A DNA stretch of 32,000 nucleotides from Candidatus Saccharimonadota bacterium (GCA_965228485.1 OZ245819.1:420001-452000); one strand, 5' to 3'; positions 1 to 8,407 are shown, counted from the first letter of the stretch. The notes: generated by a model not told the origin, from the sequence alone. Made by a program: numbers and translations.

Positions 1-1
1 A

Positions 2-1003
2 GCTTCTGGCTTGGATAATGTATTTTCTCGTGTGAAAATTTCTCTTCATGCTCACCTACTTTTCGATTACCATAAAGCTATTGATGCAGAATTAGAAAAA
101 CTAAAAGGAAAAGATAAAATTGGAACTACTTGTCGAGGAATTGGTCCTTGCTACAGTGATAAAATTGCTCGAAGAGGTATACGATGTGAAGATCTTTTAG
201 ACCTAGAACTCCTAAAAGAAAAAATCGAACAAAACTGTGCTTTTCATTCTAAAACTTTGAGTCTTGATCTAGACCCTGAAGCAGAGTTTGAAAAAGTTAT
301 GTCAGTTCGAGAAGTGATCAAACCACTTCTCTGCGACACAAGAATCCTACTTTTAGAATCTATTGATGCTGGAAAGAAAATCCTTTTCGAAGGGGCTCAA
401 GCACATCATTTAGACATAGATCATGGGACTTACCCATTTGTAACAAGCTCTAGTGTTTCTGCTGGCGGTATTGCAACAGGACTTGGAATACCTCCAAAAA
501 AAGTTTCCGCTCTCGTTGGAATCGCCAAGGCCTACACTACTCGAGTGGGTTCTGGACCTTTCCCAACAGAACTAGAAGATGAACTCGGTGAACAAATCCG
601 TGAAGCTGGAGGTGAGTATGGAGCTACTACTGGACGACCTCGTCGATGTGGATGGTTTGATGGAGTAGTGGTGAGAAATGCTGTTGAATTCAACGGACTT
701 GATACCATTAATCTTACGAAATTAGATGTTTTAACGGGTGTAAAAGAAATAAAAGTAGCCACAAAATATTGGCTAGACGATAAAGAACTAAAAACTGTCC
801 CAACCACACGCAAAGCAAATAGTAAACTGGAAATTGAATACATCAGCTTTCCAGGATGGGATGAAGATTTAAGTGGAACTCAAACCTTTGAAGATCTCCC
901 TAAAAATGCCCAAGACTATGTTTTGGGACTCGAAAAAATTATCAACTGTCCAATTAATGTCATTGGAGTTGGAATGGATCGTCAAGATCTGATTTTTCGT
1001 TAA
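2..1003 (+). CDS. purA: Adenylosuccinate synthetase, C-terminal ~333 aa (5' end lies outside the window)
   Basis: The frame is open from the window edge. PurA-typical motifs are present: KKILFEGAQAHHLDIDHGTYPFVTSSS, AKAYTTRVGSGPFPTE and GATTGRPRRCGWFD. Stop is TAA. Confidence 0.93.
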   Translation, partial: ASGLDNVFSRVKISLHAHLLFDYHKAIDAELEKLKGKDKIGTTCRGIGPCYSDKIARRGIRCEDLLDLELLKEKIEQNCAFHSKTLSLDLDPEAEFEKVMSVREVIKPLLCDTRILLLESIDAGKKILFEGAQAHHLDIDHGTYPFVTSSSVSAGGIATGLGIPPKKVSALVGIAKAYTTRVGSGPFPTELEDELGEQIREAGGEYGATTGRPRRCGWFDGVVVRNAVEFNGLDTINLTKLDVLTGVKEIKVATKYWLDDKELKTVPTTRKANSKLEIEYISFPGWDEDLSGTQTFEDLPKNAQDYVLGLEKIINCPINVIGVGMDRQDLIFR

Positions 1004-1049
1004 AAAATAAAAACAACAAATTTTTCACCCCTTTAATTTTACTGCTTAA

Positions 1050-2459
1050 ATGAATCAAACTGAAGTTTGGAGCCAAGTACTAGACAACCTTTCTGGGAAA
1101 ATTTCTCGGATGGAGTTTATGACCTGGTTTCAAAAAGTTCATTTAAAAGAAATCTCTGGAAGCGCTATTCTTATCAGCTGTCCAACGGAGATGAATAAAA
1201 ACTGGCTTGAAAACAAATACTCAAGCTTAATTGTGGCGAACTTTCAAAAAGTTCTCCCAGAGATTCAGAGAGTTTTCTTTGAAGTTGATCTATCTCTAGC
1301 CGACAAAGCTCCAAGCAATCCCGAAGCTTTCATTGCTCCAAAAGCACCTCGAAAACTCCCGAAGCAACCTCAAGTTCGTCTTGAACCAGGACTAGAATCA
1401 CGACTTATCCAGCCAAAATTCACACTCCAAAATTTTGTTATTGGAGAAGAAAACCAACTGGCACATGCGGCTTGTGCGGCTGTTGCCGATACTGAGGTTG
1501 GACAAGAAAAGAAATATAATCCCCTCTATATCTACGGAGGAGTTGGACTTGGAAAGACTCACCTACTCCAAGGAACCGCCAATGAAATCTTACGAAGGAA
1601 TCCCGACGCCGTGGTTATTTATACTACAGCTGAACGATTTACCAATGAAGTCGTCAAAGCTATTCGAGAAAGAAAAACGGAAGCCCTCAGAAAAAAATAC
1701 CGGAAAGTTGATGTTCTTCTTATCGATGATGTTCAGTTTTTTTCTGGAAAAGAGCAAACTCAAGTGGAGGTGTTCAACACCTTCAACGATCTTAGGGATC
1801 TTGAAAAACAAATGGTCTTCTCGGCTGATCGTCCACCGGCTCAACTACAAGACATGATGGACAGACTGAGCTCTCGTCTTGGTTGGGGGCTAATTGTTGA
1901 TATTCAAATGCCAAACTTTGAAACTAAGGTGGCCATTATTCAACAAAAAGCAAAATCACTAGGACTCATTCTCCCTGAAGATGTTCAACACTTTATTGCT
2001 ACAAATATTCGGAAAAACCTTCGAGAACTTGAAAATGTTCTCAATAAAATTCTTATGGAGCTCGAAATTACAGGCATCTCTCCTACGATCCAAAGTGTTG
2101 GAAAGATTTTTAGAAAACTAAATCCACACGAAGATCTAATCAGCGCAACAGACACCAAAAGTGGCTTGGCCAAAAGTCCTGATGATATTATTACGTTTGT
2201 TTCTGATTATTTTCAGGTCCCAGCCACGGACCTACTTGGAACTTCTCGAAAAAAAGAAATCGTTTTCCCAAGACAGCTTTCTTGGCTCTTATGTAAAGAT
2301 GTTTTAGGAATGAGCTTGGAAGCCATTGGTGAAACTTTTGGAGGAAAAAACCATACCACCATCATGCACGGTATTAAAAAGATTAAGGACTTAGCCCGAA
2401 AAGATTCCAATACGGCTCGGCATATTCATGCCCTTAAAAAGGATTTGGGAGCTAAATAA
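1050..2459 (+). CDS. dnaA: Chromosomal replication initiator protein DnaA
   Basis: AAA+ Walker A GGVGLGKTHLL and Walker B VLLIDDVQFF are present. The C-terminal DNA-binding domain reads RKKEIVFPRQLSWLLCKDVLGMSLEAIGETFGGKNHTTIMHGIKKI. Length is 469 aa. Confidence 0.95.
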   Translation: MNQTEVWSQVLDNLSGKISRMEFMTWFQKVHLKEISGSAILISCPTEMNKNWLENKYSSLIVANFQKVLPEIQRVFFEVDLSLADKAPSNPEAFIAPKAPRKLPKQPQVRLEPGLESRLIQPKFTLQNFVIGEENQLAHAACAAVADTEVGQEKKYNPLYIYGGVGLGKTHLLQGTANEILRRNPDAVVIYTTAERFTNEVVKAIRERKTEALRKKYRKVDVLLIDDVQFFSGKEQTQVEVFNTFNDLRDLEKQMVFSADRPPAQLQDMMDRLSSRLGWGLIVDIQMPNFETKVAIIQQKAKSLGLILPEDVQHFIATNIRKNLRELENVLNKILMELEITGISPTIQSVGKIFRKLNPHEDLISATDTKSGLAKSPDDIITFVSDYFQVPATDLLGTSRKKEIVFPRQLSWLLCKDVLGMSLEAIGETFGGKNHTTIMHGIKKIKDLARKDSNTARHIHALKKDLGAK

Positions 2460-2539
2460 TTTGCCTTAAGAAAGAATTTAGTTTATTTAAATAGTAAAAC
2501 AAACAATAAATATATCTCTATTTATTACTTTTCTATTTT

Positions 2540-2917
2540 ATGAAAACGCTTAAAACTTTCGGATTCGTCCTCCTCGCTTCAGCATTTATGCTCCCTATCT
2601 TTGCTCAACATTCTACTATTACTGACAAGGAAGCAGGGCTAGCTGCCAACATTGTGGAAACCAACAATGTTATTCATGTCTATGATTTCTTAGGGCTTTC
2701 TCCAGAAGCTTCATGGCCATCAACTTTTGATGAAGGCGAAGATTGGAGAAATTATGTTTGGACTCCGAAAAAAACCAATGTTACTACAAAATTAAATGTT
2801 AATACGAATATTAACGGACTACAGACAAGTAACTTCAAAACTCCTTATGTTCAAGCTATTGATGATTGTCTAGCCGCTGGAGACACTTGGGATCATCGAA
2901 CTGATACTTGTAACTAG
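2540..2917 (+). CDS. Small secreted hypothetical protein (125 aa)
   Basis: N-terminal signal peptide MKTLKTFGFVLLASAFMLPIFAQ. Two Cys residues near the C-terminus. A strong terminator follows directly. I recognise no family. Confidence 0.6.
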   Translation: MKTLKTFGFVLLASAFMLPIFAQHSTITDKEAGLAANIVETNNVIHVYDFLGLSPEASWPSTFDEGEDWRNYVWTPKKTNVTTKLNVNTNINGLQTSNFKTPYVQAIDDCLAAGDTWDHRTDTCN

Positions 2918-2933
2918 TTTTAAGATCTAACAT

Positions 2934-2968
2934 AAAAAAACTCCTGGTCTAGTACTGGGAGTTTTTTT
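2934..2968 (+). terminator. Rho-independent terminator after the 2540..2917 gene
   Basis: An A-run is followed by the stem ACTCC(TGG)...(CTG)GGAGT and then a T7 run. The flanking A and T runs could allow termination in both directions. Confidence 0.7.
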
Positions 2969-2984
2969 GTTATTGACACGAATA

Positions 2985-3013
2985 TTGACTTTTTTGTAAA
3001 AAAGTTTTAATAA
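2985..3013 (+). promoter_or_regulatory. Sigma70-like promoter for the 3021 gene
   Basis: TTGACT, 17 nt, TAATAA. The -10 element ends 7 nt before the ATG at 3021, which is leaderless geometry. Confidence 0.4.
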
Positions 3014-3020
3014 ATAATTA

Positions 3021-4022
3021 ATGACTCACAAACCACGAGAAGGTCATGGCTACTATCCCAAAGATTCTTATTGGCACGATGTAGAAAAAGTCCAAGCAAC
3101 TCAAATTATTGGTGGCCTTGGTGAAAAAAGTGATCTTATTGTCTCTAAAAGTGTATTTCCAGGATTTCAAAAAGGACAAGAGGTAAAATTCAGAGTACAA
3201 TTAGCTCTTCTTATGTCTAGAATCAAAGCCAGAAAAACACTCCTAGATGCCATCAATACCGGTATAACTATTAAAGGAATCGGAAACATCGATTCGCTCC
3301 CAGAAACAAGAGAAGCTTCACTTTTAGCTCAGGGAGGCGACTTTCTTGCTGGTCAGGTTGGAGCAGGAGGAATTGTCGGGGTTGGACAGTCTCTCTGGAA
3401 AAAATATACAGGAATTACCGACCAAGAAACAAAAGTTTTTAAACTACGATCTAAAGATCGATCTCATAGAGGGAGAATATCTATCTCAAATCGCTTATTC
3501 GCCAATAGTTCTGGCCTTAGAAAAACAGCCCTTGGTCGTGATAAACGATTTGATTTTGATGATTCCTTTAGTGGTGTTGTTTTTAGTGAAATATTGGTTC
3601 ATTTAACCAGTGATGAGGTCAATCGTATATTGGAAGAAAGTAGTTTTATTGATCTTAGTTATGACGAAACCCCTCGCTTAGTGGTGAGATTAAATTACCC
3701 CATAGACCAACTCGATAGTATTGGTAATCGCCCAGAAGCCTTTATGGCCTCTTATTTTGTCGATAAAAATTCAGAAGATGAACGGCCAGAAATTTTCTAT
3801 GCTCCAATTGATATCCCAAGTGTTCGATATGACAAAACGACTTCTGCAAAAACAACTTTTGAACAAATCGCCGCAGAACTACTCGGCATAAGTCAGAAAA
3901 AAATTATTTCTTTCTGGCCTTTACTAAAAGGTATTGATCCTCCAAAAATAGAAAATGAAGATTTCTCCTATAAGGAAGTAGAAATAGACGGAAAAAAATT
4001 TCTTGTATTAATTGCTAACTAG
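3021..4022 (+). CDS. Hypothetical protein (333 aa), no recognised family
   Basis: Long ORF with an ATG start and its own promoter-like element. It carries a Gly-rich hydrophobic segment, GGDFLAGQVGAGGIVGVGQSLW. No signal peptide is visible. Confidence 0.6.
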   Translation: MTHKPREGHGYYPKDSYWHDVEKVQATQIIGGLGEKSDLIVSKSVFPGFQKGQEVKFRVQLALLMSRIKARKTLLDAINTGITIKGIGNIDSLPETREASLLAQGGDFLAGQVGAGGIVGVGQSLWKKYTGITDQETKVFKLRSKDRSHRGRISISNRLFANSSGLRKTALGRDKRFDFDDSFSGVVFSEILVHLTSDEVNRILEESSFIDLSYDETPRLVVRLNYPIDQLDSIGNRPEAFMASYFVDKNSEDERPEIFYAPIDIPSVRYDKTTSAKTTFEQIAAELLGISQKKIISFWPLLKGIDPPKIENEDFSYKEVEIDGKKFLVLIAN

Positions 4023-5142
4023 CCTTTTCCACCAAGAAATACCAACCATATCCAAACAATAAGGCTGGGATGGCTGTATACAACGTGGCATATATTGCTA
4101 CTTTTGGTGCTAAGGCAATAGCGGGAAATAAAGCATCACCATCATTCCCAATAGCATTGGAAATTTGAGCTGATAAAGGTAGAAGCCCTTGTAAATAAAG
4201 TGTTGTCACCACGATTTGTGGACCACACCCAGGAAGAAATCCTACTAGAGTGGCTATGAGCGGCATAAAAATAGCCAAACCTTTAAATACTTGGGAAAAA
4301 TCAAACCCTGTCCACAGAACCATTAATTCATAAACGAGAAAAGAAATAATCACCCACATAGTTACAAAGTTGGTATCTATTATGACTTGATCCCAATACC
4401 TTTGAGTAGCTCCTTTATCAGTTTTTTGAATTATCTGAGGATAATTATAAGGGGCTAACAGCCAAAAAATAATGGAGACAAGTCCACCAATAATTCCCAC
4501 CCAGTAGACTAACGAGAAGTTAACTATTGAATCTATATCTACTTGGAAAGCATCTAAAAGCCCAATAATCAAACCAGGGAAAAATATTAACAACCAAAGA
4601 CCTCTCCATTTTCCAAAATTAAAAATTTCGCCAGTTTTCACTTTGTGATCTTTTACTTCATCTCTGAGGAAATCATAGTCATGAATTAGATCAACCATAT
4701 ACCCAGAAATAACCCCGGCTAAAAAAGAAAATGAAAGCACTAGTAAAGCCGTCTTAGGTTCTTGTGCCAGCAAAAGAAAAGCGGCGTCTCCCATTGTTGC
4801 GGCTAGAACGGCCACCACACTACTAAAACCTAAACGACCTGAAACGTACTGTGTAATGACCATAATGGCCCCTCCACAACCAGGCAAAACTCCTAATAAG
4901 GCTGCACAAGGAACTTGCCAAGCACGGTTTTTATTAAAAAATTTTTCAGTATCGAAATGTGTAAAATATTCGATACCGTAAAAAATCAGCAAGACTAATC
5001 CTACAAAAACACTTACTCCAATATACGCATCGGCTAATGTCTGCCAAAAAACTGCGCCTGTTTCAGGATGAATAAATATTCCCCCAATAATTAGTACTAA
5101 AAATACTCCTCCTACTATTAGCCTCCACAATTGATTTTTCAT
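4015..5142 (-). CDS. Polytopic membrane protein, putative 10-TM metal (Mn/heavy-metal) transporter, ArsP_2-like
   Basis: About 10 hydrophobic helices. The LPGCG motif is duplicated internally (VLPGCGGAIMVITQY and FLPGCGPQIVVTTLY). The gene is divergently paired with a DtxR/MntR-family regulator. Confidence 0.65.
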   Translation of the reverse strand: MKNQLWRLIVGGVFLVLIIGGIFIHPETGAVFWQTLADAYIGVSVFVGLVLLIFYGIEYFTHFDTEKFFNKNRAWQVPCAALLGVLPGCGGAIMVITQYVSGRLGFSSVVAVLAATMGDAAFLLLAQEPKTALLVLSFSFLAGVISGYMVDLIHDYDFLRDEVKDHKVKTGEIFNFGKWRGLWLLIFFPGLIIGLLDAFQVDIDSIVNFSLVYWVGIIGGLVSIIFWLLAPYNYPQIIQKTDKGATQRYWDQVIIDTNFVTMWVIISFLVYELMVLWTGFDFSQVFKGLAIFMPLIATLVGFLPGCGPQIVVTTLYLQGLLPLSAQISNAIGNDGDALFPAIALAPKVAIYATLYTAIPALLFGYGWYFLVEKAS

Positions 5143-5150
5143 TCCAGAAA

Positions 5151-5178
5151 ACTCTATTCTTAGGTATACCTAAGTCAA
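5151..5178 (-). promoter_or_regulatory. Sigma70-like promoter for the transporter gene
   Basis: On the minus strand: TTGACT, 16 nt, TAGAGT. The -10 element ends 8 nt before the ATG at 5142. The spacer is occupied by the 16-bp palindrome. Confidence 0.45.
5159..5174. promoter_or_regulatory. Perfect 16-bp palindrome, candidate DtxR/MntR-family operator
   Basis: CTTAGGTATACCTAAG is exactly self-complementary. Its arms contain TTAGGT/ACCTAA, the same hexamers that end the DtxR/IdeR 19-bp consensus. It lies between the -35 and -10 elements of the transporter promoter. Confidence 0.6.
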
Positions 5179-5199
5179 GCATTATTCTTATAACATTTT

Positions 5200-5228
5200 T
5201 TGATATCACGATACATATTCTGTATATA
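5200..5228 (+). promoter_or_regulatory. Sigma70-like promoter for the regulator gene
   Basis: TTGATA, 17 nt, TATATA. The -10 element ends 7 nt before the ATG at 5236. Confidence 0.5.
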
Positions 5229-5235
5229 TAAACTA

Positions 5236-5691
5236 ATGCGTTGTACCGAACCAAACAAAGTCTGGAAATCATTTCATGATAACCCTCTCTCTCATAGTGA
5301 AGCTCACTATGTAATGACGGTTTTATCACAACAAAACGACAAAGGATTTGCTCGAGCTAGTGATATTGTGAAGGCATTAAAAATATCAGCTCCCACAGCT
5401 TCCCAAGGCTTGAAAGCACTCGTAAAAAAAGGCTGGCTACAAGAAGATAGTGAAAAACATTTTACTGTCGCCAAAGATCGGATAAAAATTGTTGAACAAA
5501 TTAAACAGAATAAAGCTTTATTGATGGACTTTTTTGTAACAATCTTAGGACTCTCAAAAGAGGAAGCTGATAGAGACTCTTGTAAAATGGAGCATTTACT
5601 AAGTCCTGAAGCTGCGGAAAAACTCGAACAATTCCTTCATAAACAGCATGGACATAAAACAAAAACTGGAGGATTACCAGTTTTAAATTAA
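5236..5691 (+). CDS. mntR: DtxR-family metal-dependent transcriptional repressor (short MntR type, no SH3 domain)
   Basis: N-terminal wHTH SHSEAHYVMT...ARASDIVKALKISAPTASQGLKALVKKGW. Dimerisation and metal-site region LLMDFFVTILGLSKEEADRDSCKMEHLLSPEAAEKLEQFL. I prefer the ATG at 5236 to the TTG at 5200 in the ORF track, because 5200-5228 looks like the promoter. Confidence 0.75.
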   Translation: MRCTEPNKVWKSFHDNPLSHSEAHYVMTVLSQQNDKGFARASDIVKALKISAPTASQGLKALVKKGWLQEDSEKHFTVAKDRIKIVEQIKQNKALLMDFFVTILGLSKEEADRDSCKMEHLLSPEAAEKLEQFLHKQHGHKTKTGGLPVLN

Positions 5692-6047
5692 GTTGTTTTC
5701 AAGGCATCAATTCCTTTTGTCTCAATTAGAAAAACTAACTCTCTAAATCTTTTTAAATCTCCCAGACGACCTTCTTCTATGAGAATCCCTCGGACAATTT
5801 TTTTTGAAACTGGAGGATAATGATCCAGTGGCATACTTTCAATAGCTTTGCGAATCCTCTCTAAAGTATAAGAAACACCTAATTCAACATTAGACAACTT
5901 TGAATACTCAGACCACAACCATACCTCAAAACCTGGTGGAGAAGCTGTATTTAAAACATCCAAAACCGCCACTACAATACCTTCCGAAAATTTTTTTGCG
6001 ATAGGAATAAATTTTTCAAAATTACTAGATTCTGGATTTTCTTTCAT
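5688..6047 (-). CDS. Hypothetical protein (119 aa)
   Basis: ATG-started ORF with its own promoter-like element upstream. No recognised motifs. Its stop codon overlaps the mntR stop (TTAA). Confidence 0.5.
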   Translation of the reverse strand: MKENPESSNFEKFIPIAKKFSEGIVVAVLDVLNTASPPGFEVWLWSEYSKLSNVELGVSYTLERIRKAIESMPLDHYPPVSKKIVRGILIEEGRLGDLKRFRELVFLIETKGIDALKTT

Positions 6048-6056
6048 TATAAAATA

Positions 6057-6085
6057 TTTATAAAATAAAAAAACAAATAAGTCAA
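6057..6085 (-). promoter_or_regulatory. Sigma70-like promoter for the 5688..6047 gene
   Basis: On the minus strand: TTGACT, 17 nt, TATAAA. The -10 element ends 9 nt before the ATG at 6047. Confidence 0.5.
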
Positions 6086-6093
6086 TAAAAACT

Positions 6094-6127
6094 AAAAAAC
6101 ACCACAGATAATTTTGTGGTGTTTTTT
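6094..6127 (-). terminator. Rho-independent terminator after pnp
   Basis: Perfect 7-bp stem ACACCAC/GTGGTGT with a 10-nt loop. It is flanked by A6 and T6 runs, so a T-run is present on the minus strand. Confidence 0.7.
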
Positions 6128-6147
6128 GTTGTCGTTAGTTTTTTAAA

Positions 6148-8256
6148 CTAAACGCCTTTAATGGTCAGTTTCACTCGACCTTGTCGATCAATTTCTTTGA
6201 TTTTAACCGTTACTAAATCGCCTTCTTTAAGGTAATCATTTACATCATTCACTCGTTCATCTGCGATTTCAGAAACGTGTACCAGACCATCTTTACCCGG
6301 AACGTATTCAACAAATGCTCCGAAGTCCATAATCGTTTTCACCGGACATTCAGTAAAGATATCTCCTACTGTTGGTTTATAAGTAATCTTTTCAATCGCT
6401 GCACGTGCCCCTTTGATATTTTCTCGTAACCCGGTAATGATAACCGTTCCATCATCTTCAATAGAGATATTTACGTCGTATTCAGCGGTTAGCCCTTGGA
6501 TTGTTTCTCCTCCTTTACCAATCACGATTCGAATATCATCCTCATCAATCTTCATTGACTCAATTAGTGGAGCAAACTCGTTCATCTCTTTTTTTGCTTC
6601 AGGAATAGTTGTAAGCATATTTTCTAGAATTTGCTTACGAGCTGTTTGTGCTCTCTCTAAAGCATCTTTTAAAAGATCTAATTTTAGACCTTTAATTTTA
6701 ATATCAAGTTGAAGACACGTAATTCGTTCGCCATCCCCTGTAACTTTAAAGTCCATATCTCCATCAAAATCTTCCAGCCCCTGAATATCTGTTAAAATTC
6801 TGTAATCGCCTGTTTCCTCATCCATCAAAAGTCCCATAGCGATACCTGCTACTGGTGCTTTTAGTGGCACTCCTCCGTGCATTAGTGCTAAAGTCGATCC
6901 ACATACAGAAGCCATTGAGCTCGAACCATTACAAGCTAAGATTTCAGAAACCACTCGCATTGTATACTGCCATCCATCTTCTGGTTGTGGCACTACATAT
7001 TTAAGGGCTCTTTCAGCAAGAGCTCCATGACCGATCTCTCTTCGCCCAGGTCCTCTTAGTGGTCGAGTCTCCCCTACTGAAAAAGGAGGGAAATTGTAGT
7101 GATGAATATATCGTTGTTTAAACTCTGGTCGATCCGTATCTGGCACGTGTAATTCTTCATCTGGACCTCCAAGAGTAAGAATCGAAAGAGCTTGTGTCTC
7201 TCCTCTCTGGAAGAATCCACACCCATGAACTCGATCAAGCATTCCTACTTCTGTATAAAGTGGGCGTACTTCGTCAACAGCTCGTCCGTCTACTCGTTTA
7301 CCGGTAGCAAACACTCCAGCTCTCATATTTTTGGCAAATCGTTTTTCAAGAGCTCCCTTCAGCTCTCCTTCTGAGAATTCTTCATTTTCGATTCGTTCAG
7401 CACAAGTTTCTAGAAGTTTTTCTTCTAAGGCGTGCATTTTCTTCTTTACGTCTTTCTTTGTTACGCCTCGAACTTCACTAAGTTCATCTTCAGAAATAAT
7501 CGAATCAACCGCTAGAGCTGCGGCTTCATAAGTTTCAGAGTCTGAGGCAATAGTAAGCTCCACCTCTTCAATCTGGAATTGCTTGATAAATTCATCTTGA
7601 GCCGCACAAAGTTGTTTAATTTCTTCATGAGCAAAAGTGAGTGCTTCCAACATTTCTTCATTTGAAATCAGAGCTGCTCCCGCTTCTACCATCGTGATAG
7701 CATCAGCAGTTCCTGCTACGGTAAGGTCTAGACCGTTATTGTCTACTTGTTCATATGTTGGAAAAGTAATAAGGTTTCCTTCATCATCACGTCCAACATG
7801 AACTCCCGCAACCGAAGCCTCAAATGGAAGCCCTGCAAGTTGAATCGCAATACTCGCCCCAGTGATTACATGGGGAGCTGGAGCTTGAGTTCCATCTGTT
7901 TGAAGTTGTGTAGCAATTACTTGAACCTCATTTCGAATGCCTTTTGGGAACATTGGTCGAAGTGGACGGTCCGCAATTCGGCAAGTAAGAATATCTCTGT
8001 CTCCTTTTCTTCCTTCTCGTTTGTTTACTTTTGAGTGTTTTAAAAAACCAAGAGCATACGTCTTTGGCTCGTACTCTACCACTAATGGGAAAAAGTCCAT
8101 TCCCTCTCGAGCTCCTCCAACACCAACGGTTACAAGCATTCTTTGAGCTCCGAACTTCACCATCACCGAACCTTGAGCTTGAGGAGCTAGTAGTCCTGTT
8201 TCAAACTCAAGTGTTTTTCCGCCTGCATCCAGGCTAAATTTTTTGATTTCTGACAT
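6148..8256 (-). CDS. pnp: Polyribonucleotide nucleotidyltransferase (PNPase)
   Basis: 702 aa with two RNase PH domains (e.g. GRREIGHGALAERAL, SNGSSSMASVCGSTLALM). C-terminal KH (GKGGETIQ) and S1 (GAFVEYVPGKDGLVHVSE) domains. Located downstream of rpsO, the classical arrangement. Confidence 0.95.
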   Translation of the reverse strand: MSEIKKFSLDAGGKTLEFETGLLAPQAQGSVMVKFGAQRMLVTVGVGGAREGMDFFPLVVEYEPKTYALGFLKHSKVNKREGRKGDRDILTCRIADRPLRPMFPKGIRNEVQVIATQLQTDGTQAPAPHVITGASIAIQLAGLPFEASVAGVHVGRDDEGNLITFPTYEQVDNNGLDLTVAGTADAITMVEAGAALISNEEMLEALTFAHEEIKQLCAAQDEFIKQFQIEEVELTIASDSETYEAAALAVDSIISEDELSEVRGVTKKDVKKKMHALEEKLLETCAERIENEEFSEGELKGALEKRFAKNMRAGVFATGKRVDGRAVDEVRPLYTEVGMLDRVHGCGFFQRGETQALSILTLGGPDEELHVPDTDRPEFKQRYIHHYNFPPFSVGETRPLRGPGRREIGHGALAERALKYVVPQPEDGWQYTMRVVSEILACNGSSSMASVCGSTLALMHGGVPLKAPVAGIAMGLLMDEETGDYRILTDIQGLEDFDGDMDFKVTGDGERITCLQLDIKIKGLKLDLLKDALERAQTARKQILENMLTTIPEAKKEMNEFAPLIESMKIDEDDIRIVIGKGGETIQGLTAEYDVNISIEDDGTVIITGLRENIKGARAAIEKITYKPTVGDIFTECPVKTIMDFGAFVEYVPGKDGLVHVSEIADERVNDVNDYLKEGDLVTVKIKEIDRQGRVKLTIKGV

Positions 8257-8258
8257 TT

Positions 8259-8310
8259 TCTGCAGTGTTAAAAAATAAAAGTTTATTCACTTTCAGTCTT
8301 ACACTACAGA
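8259..8310 (-). promoter_or_regulatory. pnp 5'-leader hairpin ending next to the start codon
   Basis: In minus-strand RNA, UCUGUAGUGU (8310..8301) pairs with ACACUGCAGA (8268..8259). That gives 10 bp including one G-U pair. An inner AAAGU/ACUUU stem is also possible. The 3' arm ends 2 nt before the AUG. Confidence 0.4.
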
Positions 8311-8370
8311 ATAACGATGAGGAATTTTCCTTAACTCCGTTTCTGGAGTCTCCACCAAATCTATCACGGT

Positions 8371-8407
8371 GAAAAAAGAAAAACGCCCGACTTTATTCCG
8401 AGCGTTT
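8371..8407 (-). terminator. Rho-independent terminator/attenuator between rpsO and pnp
   Basis: On the minus strand the hairpin AAACGCUCGG...UCGGGCGUUU (6 bp, 1 mismatch, 2 bp) is followed by UUUUUCUUUUUUC. Confidence 0.6.

Noticed and set aside
1435-2410. Alternative-frame and antisense ORFs within dnaA (1435..1857 +, 1590..1844 -, 1985..2173 -, 2213..2410 -).
   Set aside because: They lie entirely within the conserved dnaA reading frame, and their products look unlike real proteins.
2970-2978. TTATTGACA considered as a degenerate DnaA box downstream of dnaA.
   Set aside because: It has two mismatches in the core. The TTGACA within it is more simply a -35-like hexamer in a promoter-rich spacer.
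5063-5329. An 88-aa minus-strand ORF spanning the transporter/regulator intergenic region.
   Set aside because: It overlaps the 5' ends of both well-supported genes and the promoter/operator region. It has no start context or motifs.
6413-8237. Six plus-strand ORFs of 60-99 aa inside the pnp locus (6413, 7192, 7331, 7747, 7937, 8031).
   Set aside because: They are antisense to a full-length, highly conserved PNPase gene. Their translations are low-complexity and rich in S, F and L, with no motifs. They are typical shadow ORFs.
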